Shown here: positions 51,601 to 57,695 of the stretch, one piece after another
Layout: each line of letters starts with the position of its first letter
Position numbering within the stretch: the first letter of the stretch is position 1
The notes under the pieces: model-generated
What the model saw: the letters and a program-made list of their open reading frames with translations, nothing else
Database searches by the model: none
Told to the model about the DNA's origin: nothing
Made by a program: the position numbers and the translations under genes
Source: a virus
Lineage: Duplodnaviria; Caudoviricetes
IMG/VR virus record: IMGVR_UViG_3300027751_000009
Location: 1 to 64,000 of that record
DNA length: 64,000 nucleotides
Direction: 5' to 3' (one strand)

Positions 51601-52175
51601 TTGATGAAAATGGTAACTACAAAGTAGGAGAGACTGAAATAACAGCACAAGAGCTTACTAAAATGGAGAATGAAGTTAAGAACTCACATGGTAAAGGTTA
51701 CACACCTACAGACCAGAGATTGATACAACGTTACTCTTGGGGTAGAGCTATTATGCAGTTCAGTCGTTTTATACCTACAATGGTATATGACAAGTTTGCT
51801 AAAGAAGATGTAAATATCTACGGAGAAAAACATATTGGTAGCTTAACAGCTGTATGGGAAATGATAGCTAAGTTTACAGGTGGTGAAATACCTATCGGTC
51901 AACTTGGTGCTTACCGGGCAGGATTAGAACCTCAAATAAGAGCTCGTTTTGATGCAGGACTAAAAGGATTGGCAATGATTTCTGTAGCTATTATAGCAGG
52001 AGAAACTATGAATTTAGGTGTAGCAAGAGAGCTTACTGGTGATGCTAATTATTTAGTAAATACCAGCAAGCTTGAATTTAAAGCTATGCCATCTTCAGTA
52101 AGAACAATTTTAAATATGCTAAGTGGTCTTGCACCAACATCTGATGCAGTAGCTATGGAAGGGAAAGGATTATAA
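39684..52175 (+). CDS. Virion-packaged two-barrel (DPBB) RNA polymerase polyprotein with a zincin domain
   Basis: TRIPH (~47157) and GADHDGD (D2531-D2535, nt 47274-47288); HEFAH (aa 1122-1126) plus downstream DELFA; N-terminal Gly-rich hydrophobic segments; last gene of the cargo block as in crAss-like phages. Confidence 0.85.
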   Translation: MTDFLKVLQQAQVDKNVSQRNPVGSPTDGENEITLTEQDIDNANKPQGRLVKDPTNVNVQDGPNYPGNGISPEEDPTAGMTPEQIALEQTRMDRTPVQGEISEPLPENPYTWTPEYTQRGFVEEIGTSLMRGFGKHVVGGTGDILALVNGLIPGWEIREGNALSRGLQEVGKEFEENYKVFMPDELKDNEFTLATFTNPNFWTKTAAEYIPQLVEMIILSKGAGGVAKRTAQSGVKGLSKGMTRESLERIGSKVVANSEAQVMKGVAAQSNKILGQGPKGWRALFMDTTGEATAGFATGAEMFGGGLGMNLLAGLQNAGGLMNEMKDLRDSDGNLLYTEEQLADMASSTMIENLKYLPVDMLSYGMVYAKSTGQFNKLLNPFNKTQGKKFFNSAEQLTASSKSFTRSITPIMQAVNATESKLLKYGKKLKNTASAVSKPLFEGYEETFQETFEDWAKKKAVAKVTGQPITIDGKKSDGSMPSYFEFYLSKENEATRTIAFALGMLGGAGSNIVEAVNKKAEIAAKNYSRAELMKRAAKNELEYDYQAIFLKEQLVDNAMDGNVDSVAMLEAMAEEGIISEDMKSDYITFAKNMTLEAVKAKSLGLNDLGKVAYLNHKFNEQANKNGYKFEKAKVDEKIKNLNEEYQGKEDTKEYKAKMKDVEDSWETMENMFARDIHEAQQGILGILSGKKGDVSNITHEKLKAVQNQEGNTVAIALSEQDYNDYYNKTNDEIYKDARNKKYDPRGMFSKLGSGVKNAFKTVKEGLIGFKEKTEEKIAEIKNKGLDGLTPEQRTQYDKAKASKEAIDTELASMKIGEDGVTKDSYNAKKAEATALEVEMADLLAKSKANIQSTIKNAKGGRAYMDPLLEPEEEADEEAPVRKPGMMDKLIKSLFTKKNQTEENIIATEEEIAKKLEDAKIDFTDEVKAKKALERLISTEDGVIQSLQTKDDFNKEEFIAYLMKMGKEGNFKSETKIEKEARIDRNAKKKKKTEEIKKAQRETPTGKNVRQHDLGKKFNDPNWNKEYKKIVKQDPTQATLLQEEYDEYLSSIQAGLKYGPTAIIQQVAVNQHLRQLYPDSKIQAYAMNNMVDALGGTKALGYAALAGIFIDEKVWFQSEIFMHEFAHIHYSLSKNDPATVELMKQALNDKQLVSRIEDEYADDVVYYYAQPGWKSGMKKDKIFFGDMTAEQKDQLGKPHRNGVLMARKAPMHEQPVIMDELFANYLQGPMSKKFSKYFNPRTDLPRQAQVKNWWRRIKDKAKKQEDNNFNLAQKLSEEKLDGTNINDHIMNNFVSMIQGKPVTVGGRFALDNEKSTITKEDNLDIMKRLREEQAKSRNKQNKADIKMVEAFYAPIKIDEDKKGTLVDDWDLWDRPLPEANEEFSQVDALEKLNQDIETNIGTMWDDNYNATMMKTTEVIKHFVEQFNKVSNERKSAEIEAVKNDPKAKKVDAMYTEGINLNKFTEGLMDLAYMYDSPIDFIRVLEQTNDIHQKEFMKHLNAEFKQDALQRLVTMHLLYGNTAIIPGIIHTVDKNGEYTSVTAQSANDPIIIKRTLKQLSRKTIEQKNLLEDAIDILERGDIETREVQEAAAEIIKFYGHDLNIAKKIIGNGYLIINKKNVPIVSALKQLLNATEQEIIPFTGNKSNDEFMMAGTVRTKLKPIKDRNERIISSILLTGKRFGSTSVVKGPTGNNVTTRMFSNHAIKLFNKIVVDLKNSEYTGKAKKEFITKYSNSDKSVTVSSFNPLLESFYDNFHLKGELPLMVLDFGSKNEMFNKAKNYKDMSAEQQLINELLQFTESIKNEDSNYLGSMDILGNSSRRLLVGLPRIENILTADGNFNAKGASHLNKIFSIYESLNKDKKKAMEGIPNKIGANFPQFEKAIKKDADKWIKYLAEHSESLSKVKSLQPFYQTKDGTVLNKLTKEGETLIKNFIFNRVANTFYVHEMMSPGLFLDGLTKNNKGHVAPVIALDPRLRVEMLPMDDEFKLTRPLKDENGKETEAAFRKRFKQWEKNVIVSNDGIQYILPEHADAIQALNKDFNKGYKLYSHTIEKENAWFANQTSQMKGYTTVLTEEAVTNGNQQHLYPIWKILTNRNEKFKADYLKKYGEEYDPNFRTQTSVDSDRPKYIPIVTPVSAEKAGLFHTKELLGLKTKFSLEQLKNPEVQKEYEALLDKLYYTESGFVGLDGSNFGPQQIMDKRYTQATFGTQVLTSIPHAKKGAPLNNALRIQELINQQKWVNFKKAVLDEMASYEIDDDFKYSRFIREAANKLNSDPYTIAALTYGELPYSPHVADFAGNQFRAQIIRHGNNLKVTGTYGQTISDMGYKFVTDKNVEGFINRPNRDKTYPAVEQFIDEQGNVRRKNNPKVSKEYINGTSKLNSYGWKIVDGKQVTVPFEIVLPEPLPGDQTVARESIYDEFGGVDNARGKLLHRNKKGFLTNFNTLKRLKLLHPNGTVNTEAMDLMLEENGIYSSPVKNERNRIGTYIPGETVMLTRIPHNGPAFVGVAEVVGFHDTGASNIIVPAEYSWLVGADHDGDALFIYQASKRKDGSIDERMGDSSAAKDKGTIREAGYGNWNKAFDMLIEQWTAEDMRITLETPLRFESNMDAIIEENNEALNPEQYKQQRALEEKLNRGLIDQKAFEKKLAVIKAEADFVIPFGTEHYTKQYNNSVVAQQTIGIAFNTHRALNLLATYETMLSNGTVKGKNSKGEITEKPKLVNINIDGQVERGFTDRNADKPINKNKGINSRIHLSTILANIVLDSTKNGHADALNLNINSISSAMILVNLGFDIQKIGLLFNHPMAKEYIEKRNEMGNDYLETGSYKSIIYKYKEKYENTSLEIYSNPSEFSVTVDPKSNRYNSDENGFAILRLMHYLSKISDDISIITDITSGHNKMELNVFALEKQVTDLNALITNKKREAEMVGKKEGKKNSTLYFREKSDLAENSIEPLIIDSPELKHYKRMALEFIKHQRRLSIIENPSIRDIITLVKDKVTASALSGRELKHFSEYLVPFIYGRLLGVNNIDVSEINDIFQYEDEIAVGEDALLPLATELKNYAEMLDDELHTYWEDPNNVGNKDTDYTRSRLFKQGIIIEAGKIKLNPQVLQQHYTHPDRIMLQNEFSELPLALQRKLVLYDLVKNGWNGEESLYPIFPYDITSYITSRAKMFKENEEEFADNIIKKAYKRIRDLESLAAEENDMNYLPSVFLNKELPNLTDDPSSKSFEELYKKLGHNKAVTNRINGRENFRVNVSYISGGKRINKVIEINAIGPYVTKDDGITEYSESKAKDNDEWSAIARDLITSKTSRGFKLVGEPKLELLETSNNVPKRAHMILINDNSTDDNGGFIKDDGVVPNILSKEAIDEDAILQEEKNSKKKSSVVGRFFKDDYYNYTREDSLDQSELMNAYEYKQSLTYIQEARIWLNYLRDKKKTNSFLEKYKEGEFKKHLQDIDTEEVLKLYNTWGRYDAYAAANIMVPVMLELTQRASNEQSALTKVQEGQNDIGVIKAWFQTNNIDSTHPATQAVQRELETEFKGFMNERKKYLTRINDATENLYAEKFNYNPAKNSFIKKIQRAAVLLFKNRDDIYRILYGNIITTEYRTERGKDQKRYALLSDNILRQKLANNEITQVEYNFAKTFREITNELDPKINDDKYIGGGIPAIGMGRLESFGRKGLLGVLINSRPIDEAIGDVELEFEGQLMRFKHIEDIFRQDKKSSWKTNKEYIQLRNKAKKLFKVKKNEDGSMFKHEDVFNHTILGDGMVNNFANGGWINADHMASLDLNKALSDFTHTQLFITGNKNFKGFKALQATVDGLLLHNKMKGFVNQNKFVRKVYKEYFLKAKKLQKDSSGDRVIDAIVRGNLLYIMGWKLLAVGKGMYTIGNVVVGKYNNIKNQGGKAWLMGESRFWGKHKKAMGILKTINFTDANFYDDVNLQSSSGLDSIFTDIALWPMMASEKWIQGVHFLGMLSKEQYDKFDENGNYKVGETEITAQELTKMENEVKNSHGKGYTPTDQRLIQRYSWGRAIMQFSRFIPTMVYDKFAKEDVNIYGEKHIGSLTAVWEMIAKFTGGEIPIGQLGAYRAGLEPQIRARFDAGLKGLAMISVAIIAGETMNLGVARELTGDANYLVNTSKLEFKAMPSSVRTILNMLSGLAPTSDAVAMEGKGL

Positions 52176-52355
52176 TTTCTTCCATTTAATATTTTTAGCT
52201 TCCCTTTTAAGCGCCTCATCAAAAGCTTTTCTTTGTTGGGGCGTTAAATTTTCATCTAATTCTTTCCAATAATTTTTAGGACGATTTTTAGAAAGTTCAT
52301 TCATAAGTTCTTCTAAATCTTTTATTGTCGTTATATATTTTTTCTTTTTAGTCAT
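52170..52355 (-). CDS. Hypothetical protein, 61 aa
   Basis: Last ORF of the leftward operon; its stop abuts the RNAP stop. Confidence 0.6.
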   Translation of the reverse strand: MTKKKKYITTIKDLEELMNELSKNRPKNYWKELDENLTPQQRKAFDEALKREAKNIKWKKL

Positions 52356-52358
52356 AAT

Positions 52359-52730
52359 TTATAAATTAGGTGGTGGAGGTGGAGGCGGTGGTGGTGCCAT
52401 TCTTTTTGGTGGAGGTGGTGGAAACCTTATTATCTTTTTTGGTGCCTGTACAATATTGTTTTGCCTCTCAATTTCAGGCTTGACTTTCTTCTCATAAAGA
52501 AGTTTATAGAGTTGATGTATCTCATACCCTAAATACTTTTGGACAAACGGTTCTTTTTTTGATAGTACAGGTCTTTCATATCTATATTGATAAGCTAATC
52601 GGACTAAAGGCCAATGTTTGCTATAATTATCTATATGTGGATATACCTGATATCCATATTTTAAGCATATAGACATTATCTTGACTTCTTTTTTTGTTGC
52701 AAAGTAATGAGCTTTAGCCTTATTAGCCAT
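52359..52730 (-). CDS. Hypothetical basic protein with a poly-proline tail
   Basis: Ends RFPPPPPKRMAPPPPPPPPPNL. Confidence 0.65.
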   Translation of the reverse strand: MANKAKAHYFATKKEVKIMSICLKYGYQVYPHIDNYSKHWPLVRLAYQYRYERPVLSKKEPFVQKYLGYEIHQLYKLLYEKKVKPEIERQNNIVQAPKKIIRFPPPPPKRMAPPPPPPPPPNL

Positions 52731-52733
52731 TGT

Positions 52734-53165
52734 TTATAATTTGATTTTAATTTGTTCTTCTGGTAAAGGTATTTCACAAGTAAAGATTTCCATTGCTAAA
52801 CGTCTACATTTTTCGTGGAACTCTTCTTGATCTGTAGTACTATTCTCTTTAGTGCTTTTAGACATTCTTACATATTCTCCTGTATCTGTATGCTTTTCTT
52901 CATAGTTACAATTGAACTTTAGAAATTCGTGAACTTCTTGTGCTGTAAGATACTCTCCCCATTCTTGCTCTAACAACTTCTGCCAGATAACAACAATAAC
53001 ACCAAAGTAATATCTGTTCTGCTTAACGCTACGCTCTTTACTATTGACTTTAATAGTTAGAGTTACTGTCTTGCCATTAAAAGAAGTGATAGCTTCTCTA
53101 ATACGATTAATATTACGAGAGAAGCTACCATTCTTTATTTCAGTTATGATTTCAAACTGTTTCAT
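52734..53165 (-). CDS. NinB-like recombination protein
   Basis: RSVKQNRYYFGVIV...HEFLK...ST..Q.EF.E..R pattern. Confidence 0.65.
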   Translation of the reverse strand: MKQFEIITEIKNGSFSRNINRIREAITSFNGKTVTLTIKVNSKERSVKQNRYYFGVIVVIWQKLLEQEWGEYLTAQEVHEFLKFNCNYEEKHTDTGEYVRMSKSTKENSTTDQEEFHEKCRRLAMEIFTCEIPLPEEQIKIKL

Positions 53166-53482
53166 TACACTAAGTCTTCAAATTTTTGTCCTTTTAATAA
53201 TGCTACCATTTTTAATGCAAATTCTTCACTCACATGAGGTCTATGTAATGGAACTCCTATTGGTTGTTCAAATTTGATTGGTTGCTTATGCATTTCTTCA
53301 CTTGCTTGTTTAAACTCCAAAGATTTAAGTTCATCATACGGTGCTACATATATAACAAAATCTTTGCTCACATATATAACTACATTGGCTTGTGTATTAT
53401 AAAACAAACCAGTATGTGGATATTTCTCTTTAAGATAAACATCAGAGACATCTATCTTACTTTCATGAATTTCTATTTTCAT
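53165..53482 (-). CDS. Hypothetical protein, 105 aa
   Basis: Coupled ORF in operon. Confidence 0.6.
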   Translation of the reverse strand: MKIEIHESKIDVSDVYLKEKYPHTGLFYNTQANVVIYVSKDFVIYVAPYDELKSLEFKQASEEMHKQPIKFEQPIGVPLHRPHVSEEFALKMVALLKGQKFEDLV

Positions 53483-53709
53483 TATTCTTTAATATTTGAA
53501 ACGATAATATTTGTTACATAAATATCATCATTAAGTTTATAAAAATTAACATCATAATTTATTTTCATTGGAATATTCAAGAAGTTTACAAAAACAGGAT
53601 AATAGTTTTTTATACCTAATGACTTCGTAAATTCATTCAATGTATTCTCAAACATATCTTCATGTTCTTGTATTAATATCTTGTTGCGTTCCGAAAAATA
53701 AATAACCAT
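53482..53709 (-). CDS. Hypothetical protein, 75 aa
   Basis: Coupled ORF in operon. Confidence 0.55.
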   Translation of the reverse strand: MVIYFSERNKILIQEHEDMFENTLNEFTKSLGIKNYYPVFVNFLNIPMKINYDVNFYKLNDDIYVTNIIVSNIKE

Positions 53710-53855
53710 TAGTAAGTAGTTTTCTTTAGCTTTAAAATTCTACCTGTTAGTTGTCCACTTACAAGTTCTACGCTATGAATAGCGAAATCTTCTGTTACTT
53801 CATTATCTTGATTTAAAACGATAACTCTGTCTACTTTTGATAAGTCTATTTTCAT
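53709..53855 (-). CDS. Hypothetical 48-aa protein, not in the ORF track
   Basis: MKIDLSKVDRVIVLNQDNEVTEDFAIHSVELVSGQLTGRILKLKKTTY; fills the gap, TAATG coupling to the next gene. Confidence 0.6.
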   Translation of the reverse strand: MKIDLSKVDRVIVLNQDNEVTEDFAIHSVELVSGQLTGRILKLKKTTY

Positions 53856-53858
53856 AAT

Positions 53859-54374
53859 TTATTGTGTTATAAATAAGGTGCAATACCAATATCTGTTACT
53901 ACTACTTTTTACAATTCCTATACCTATGTAATCCCATTCAGCATTAAGCATATTCTTTCTATGGCTTTCACTTTTTACCCAAGCATTAAATACACCATCA
54001 GGACTGTTATAGCCAAAACCTATATTCTCTCCTACACTATCAGCACCAAGCTGAATTAACTCATTAGCTTCATCTACCCATTGTAAATGACTCAATTCAT
54101 TTTGAGATATCATTTCAAGGCATCTTAGTTTAGATAATTCAGTAGCATAGCTATCAGCTTTTAATACCTTATCAACATTACAGTCTTTCCTATAAGTATT
54201 AATAAGTGTAAATAAATGCTGTTCTAAAGTTCCTAATTTAGCTGGTATGTAATGATAGTCAAGCCCTTTTGTAAAAGGATTGTTTCTTGACCTAAAAGTT
54301 ACATATTGATAAATTACAGCTGTAGCAAGTGCGATACAGAATAAGGTAATAATTATAATAGCAATTGGACTCAT
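53859..54374 (-). CDS. CAP (SCP/YkwD-like) domain protein with an N-terminal membrane anchor
   Basis: LINTYR...LSH...VGENIG...AWVKSESHRKNML..W..IGIG; hydrophobic N-terminus. Confidence 0.85.
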   Translation of the reverse strand: MSPIAIIIITLFCIALATAVIYQYVTFRSRNNPFTKGLDYHYIPAKLGTLEQHLFTLINTYRKDCNVDKVLKADSYATELSKLRCLEMISQNELSHLQWVDEANELIQLGADSVGENIGFGYNSPDGVFNAWVKSESHRKNMLNAEWDYIGIGIVKSSSNRYWYCTLFITQ

Positions 54375-55042
54375 ATAGTGTTTTTTAATAAGGTTTCTAT
54401 TTCTGTTTTTTGTTTGTTTACATAGGCTAACATTGTTGTTACTGGATATTTAATCTTTCGTAACTGTTTACCACCATCAGTTAATAAATAACGTTGAGGT
54501 GTAAAGGTTTTAATAAATAAGGCTGACTTAAATCCTGTTCCACTCATAGGCATAGGAACTACCTTATTGATATAAATTCTACTCCTATCCCAAAGTATTC
54601 TATTCTTTAAAGGAAAGGTTATACTTGAACTTACTTTGCCACCTTTACGTTGTACGCTATTGGTTGGCTTAACGTCTACATATGATACTATTGGATAGTC
54701 ATCATTTTCATCTGTTTGCTCATGTTTATTTTTATGAGCTACAAAAACAGGTCTTCCGAATTGAAATATTTCTGATTCATTTATTTCTTCATAAAATAGA
54801 TATTCAGCTTCTTTATTCCAATATATTTTATAATCATATGAATACTCAATCTTTGGAAATAAAGCAAAAGCTTCTATCTCTTTTTCTTTCCTTTTAAAGC
54901 GTTTGTAACGCCCATATTCTGCTATGGGCGCTACTAAGAACACTTCTGTTTCTCTTTCGAATGATTTTATATAGCCTGAACTTTGCATTTCTAAAAGCCA
55001 CCATTCAAAATAGGTTTCTATGCCATTAATTTCCGTCTTCAT
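54371..55042 (-). CDS. Hypothetical protein, possible PD-(D/E)xK nuclease/resolvase
   Basis: YSYDYKI...YVDVKP loosely fits the nuclease motif. Confidence 0.35.
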   Translation of the reverse strand: MKTEINGIETYFEWWLLEMQSSGYIKSFERETEVFLVAPIAEYGRYKRFKRKEKEIEAFALFPKIEYSYDYKIYWNKEAEYLFYEEINESEIFQFGRPVFVAHKNKHEQTDENDDYPIVSYVDVKPTNSVQRKGGKVSSSITFPLKNRILWDRSRIYINKVVPMPMSGTGFKSALFIKTFTPQRYLLTDGGKQLRKIKYPVTTMLAYVNKQKTEIETLLKNTI

Positions 55043-56072
55043 TATTCAAGAAGTTTAAGATTTTAAGCATATAATTTCCTAATCCAGCTACTGCTGAACT
55101 TTTAGCTTTTTCTTCTTTTTCACAAGTAGTAGGTAGTTCTCCTATATATTCTATAAGAGCTTCCATAGCACCTTTAAAGTTCTCTCCAAAAGTAATATCA
55201 GGACCAGGAACTTGTGGTATATCATCGTCAATAACTGGTGCTATCATTTCTTTTATACCATAATTCTCTGTGCTTTCAATTTTCTCCTTTGCTTTTTCTA
55301 ATTCAATTTTCTGATGTATATCATCAATCTTTGAATTAATTAATCGCAATGAAGTTGAAATAATACCATTGTATGAGGCTTTTAAGTTCTCTACTTGGTC
55401 TGGTAACAATGTATTAATATGTTCTTCAGGTAAAGAAAATTCAGAGGCTTCAAGTATATGTTTTTCATTATCCAATGCTTTTATAGAATAATGGTCTATC
55501 TTTTCAATAGTAGCATTTAATATCTCTTGATATTCTCTGCTATACTTTCCAAAAACATTAGAGCGTTCTAAAGCTATCTTTTGTTCTGTCGTTTCCTCAC
55601 TAAGCTCTGCTATCTTCGCTGTAGTTGCTGCATTCTTTTTAGCTAATGCTTCTTCTTTCTTTCTTTCTTCCTCATCTATATAAGGCTTAAATTCAACGTC
55701 TAAATACTTTTCTTGTATTTCCTTAGCTTCCTCTAAGAAAGTCTTCTCTATACGGTCTAAATCCTTTCCTGTGGCAAGTAAAGGTGCTTTGATTTCTTTC
55801 TTAGCCTTACGTGTACTCGCATTAAATGAACGAATAGTAGCTTTCGCATCTTTATACTGCTGAATAGTCTCTGCATTTTCAGCATCGTATTTGATAGCTT
55901 TAAAGCCATCAATAATAACCATACTCTCCACTAAAGGATTTAGTAGGTTCAATCCACTTACCTTTAAATCTTTGGTAAGTTTGGTTATTAACTTCTGTGT
56001 AGAAGGTGGTAACTTTTTAAATTCATCTGTATTAATTACAGTGATCATAGTTGGTTCTTCATTTTTGGACAT
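55026..56072 (-). CDS. Coiled-coil hypothetical protein (DUF1351-like)
   Basis: 348 aa, strongly helical, in the recombination cluster. Confidence 0.45.
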   Translation of the reverse strand: MSKNEEPTMITVINTDEFKKLPPSTQKLITKLTKDLKVSGLNLLNPLVESMVIIDGFKAIKYDAENAETIQQYKDAKATIRSFNASTRKAKKEIKAPLLATGKDLDRIEKTFLEEAKEIQEKYLDVEFKPYIDEEERKKEEALAKKNAATTAKIAELSEETTEQKIALERSNVFGKYSREYQEILNATIEKIDHYSIKALDNEKHILEASEFSLPEEHINTLLPDQVENLKASYNGIISTSLRLINSKIDDIHQKIELEKAKEKIESTENYGIKEMIAPVIDDDIPQVPGPDITFGENFKGAMEALIEYIGELPTTCEKEEKAKSSAVAGLGNYMLKILNFLNNEDGN

Positions 56073-56337
56073 TATATTCTGCTTTTAATAATTCCTCTTT
56101 TATTGTTTTTAAATCTTTGATATACGTTTCCATTGTTAGCATATTATCTGTATGTAGTTCGTTCATACGTAATCGTATAATCTTTGCTACTGCGTTCTCT
56201 ACTGAATTGTAGTACCCTATAATTTCTGTAATAGGTATGTCTTTATCATTTCTTCTACCTGTGGCAAATTTCAATGTATGATTGTAATTATCAACTTCAA
56301 TGAAATATGAACCAAATTCTTTAGCTGTTATTATCAT
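56059..56337 (-). CDS. Hypothetical protein, 92 aa
   Basis: Coupled ORF; GYY..VENA..KI pattern common in small phage proteins. Confidence 0.6.
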   Translation of the reverse strand: MIITAKEFGSYFIEVDNYNHTLKFATGRRNDKDIPITEIIGYYNSVENAVAKIIRLRMNELHTDNMLTMETYIKDLKTIKEELLKAEYNVQK

Positions 56338-57149
56338 TTTTGTAGTTTTATCATTTCTAATGTATCGAATGCTAATTGATATTTACTTTTAAAATAAGTA
56401 CCTCTGTTCAATCTTAATTTAACAAGGTTCCAAGTTTCTGTAAATCTATCTATACCCTCTGTAAGACCATAGATATCTGTATAGGCTTTAAGTACAGCTG
56501 TATGATAATCAGATACCTTAGTATTTGTTAATAACTCATATACAGTTATCTCACCATAAGACTTTAATCCTCCTATGTTATCAACAGTGTCACCTAAAAG
56601 CATCTGTCTCATTAAAAATACCCAAGCATCTTTTTTAGATATTTCTTTAAATTCACCTTTCTTCATATCGAAATGTGTACCCGGACATTGCTCTGCATCT
56701 TTATCTTCTGACAAGATAAAAGTATCTTCATCTTGTAGCATAGATATTAAATCGTCTGCTTCTAAATCTTTGAATAGAAGTGTTGGATATCGTTCCTTAA
56801 TGTATTTTATAACACTAAACTTATCATCTTCTTGTTTCTCATATAAGAGCTGACTGGTTCTGTTTCCTTTATACTTTTTCTCATAAGCAACATTATATCT
56901 GTATGTATGCTCTGTAACACCTGAAAAACAAAAGATTAGTCCTTTAGGGTTAAACCAATCCAATAATCTATCTATCTCTTGTTGAGTATAGGTAGCTATA
57001 TTGTTAGTGGTCTTATCATAAATTTTAATCTCTTTGCTCTCCATTTCTTTAAGAACTTTATTGATAACTCTATACTTAATAAAATCAGCATCTATAAGTC
57101 CAATCTTATTAATCATCAAAGGTGTGTGCATTGGTACTATGATATCCAT
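56334..57149 (-). CDS. 5'-3' exonuclease / flap endonuclease (T7 gp6 / T5 D15-like)
   Basis: LIDAD, YKGNR, EADD, DKD, GD.VDNI.G...G motifs; likely start ATG 57149. Confidence 0.85.
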   Translation of the reverse strand: MDIIVPMHTPLMINKIGLIDADFIKYRVINKVLKEMESKEIKIYDKTTNNIATYTQQEIDRLLDWFNPKGLIFCFSGVTEHTYRYNVAYEKKYKGNRTSQLLYEKQEDDKFSVIKYIKERYPTLLFKDLEADDLISMLQDEDTFILSEDKDAEQCPGTHFDMKKGEFKEISKKDAWVFLMRQMLLGDTVDNIGGLKSYGEITVYELLTNTKVSDYHTAVLKAYTDIYGLTEGIDRFTETWNLVKLRLNRGTYFKSKYQLAFDTLEMIKLQK

Positions 57150-57340
57150 TGTCTGATTTTTACAATTACATAAATTATAAGCATAGGCAACCAAAATACA
57201 TAGTCTAATAGTAATGTAATAAAGTTGCTTCTTGAATAGTCCATAAAATGACGTTTACGTAATAAAGGTTCTGTTTCATGATGTATTAATACTCCGATTA
57301 ATACATAGATTGCTACATATATAATGATATTAATAATCAT
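57137..57340 (-). CDS. Small membrane protein
   Basis: 67 aa with two hydrophobic segments. Confidence 0.6.
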   Translation of the reverse strand: MIINIIIYVAIYVLIGVLIHHETEPLLRKRHFMDYSRSNFITLLLDYVFWLPMLIIYVIVKIRQWIS

Positions 57341-57605
57341 TCGTTACTCGATTTATTTCCTGAATACATTGTATTGTTTTCATTCTTCTTGTTTTAAATT
57401 GATAAGATTTCATCTGTTGGATAATTTGAGGTGGATTATCAGCTTTAATAGTTGGGATAACTGTTTCCCTATTGCTCTCCATATCATTCATAATTTTGAA
57501 GTAAGCCAATATAGAAATAGACTGATAAACGTTTCTTGCTTTTCTTGAAGTCGCCCATACTCTACCTAAACTACCTAATAGAATTAACCCTCTTAATATT
57601 TGCAT
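57330..57605 (-). CDS. Hypothetical protein, 91 aa
   Basis: ORF in operon. Confidence 0.55.
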   Translation of the reverse strand: MQILRGLILLGSLGRVWATSRKARNVYQSISILAYFKIMNDMESNRETVIPTIKADNPPQIIQQMKSYQFKTRRMKTIQCIQEINRVTNDY

Positions 57606-57617
57606 AGAATTGTTGTT

Positions 57618-57690
57618 AAAAATGAAGAGAGGCGGTAAGGAAAATTGCTGTAAACCTTACCCATTGCTCAGGCGAGACCTCTCTTCAAAA
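57618..57690 (-). ncRNA. Structured intergenic element (nested stems, U-tract on - strand)
   Basis: TGAAGAGAGG 57623-57632 pairs with CCTCTCTTCA 57678-57687 and encloses a GGTAAGG/CCTTACC stem. Confidence 0.45.
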
Positions 57691-57695
57691 GTTAA

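Noticed and set aside
57618-57690. Hammerhead or HDV-like (theta) ribozyme
   Set aside because: No CUGANGA/GAAA core, and no nested double pseudoknot or catalytic J4/2 C could be fitted by eye; no adjacent tRNA
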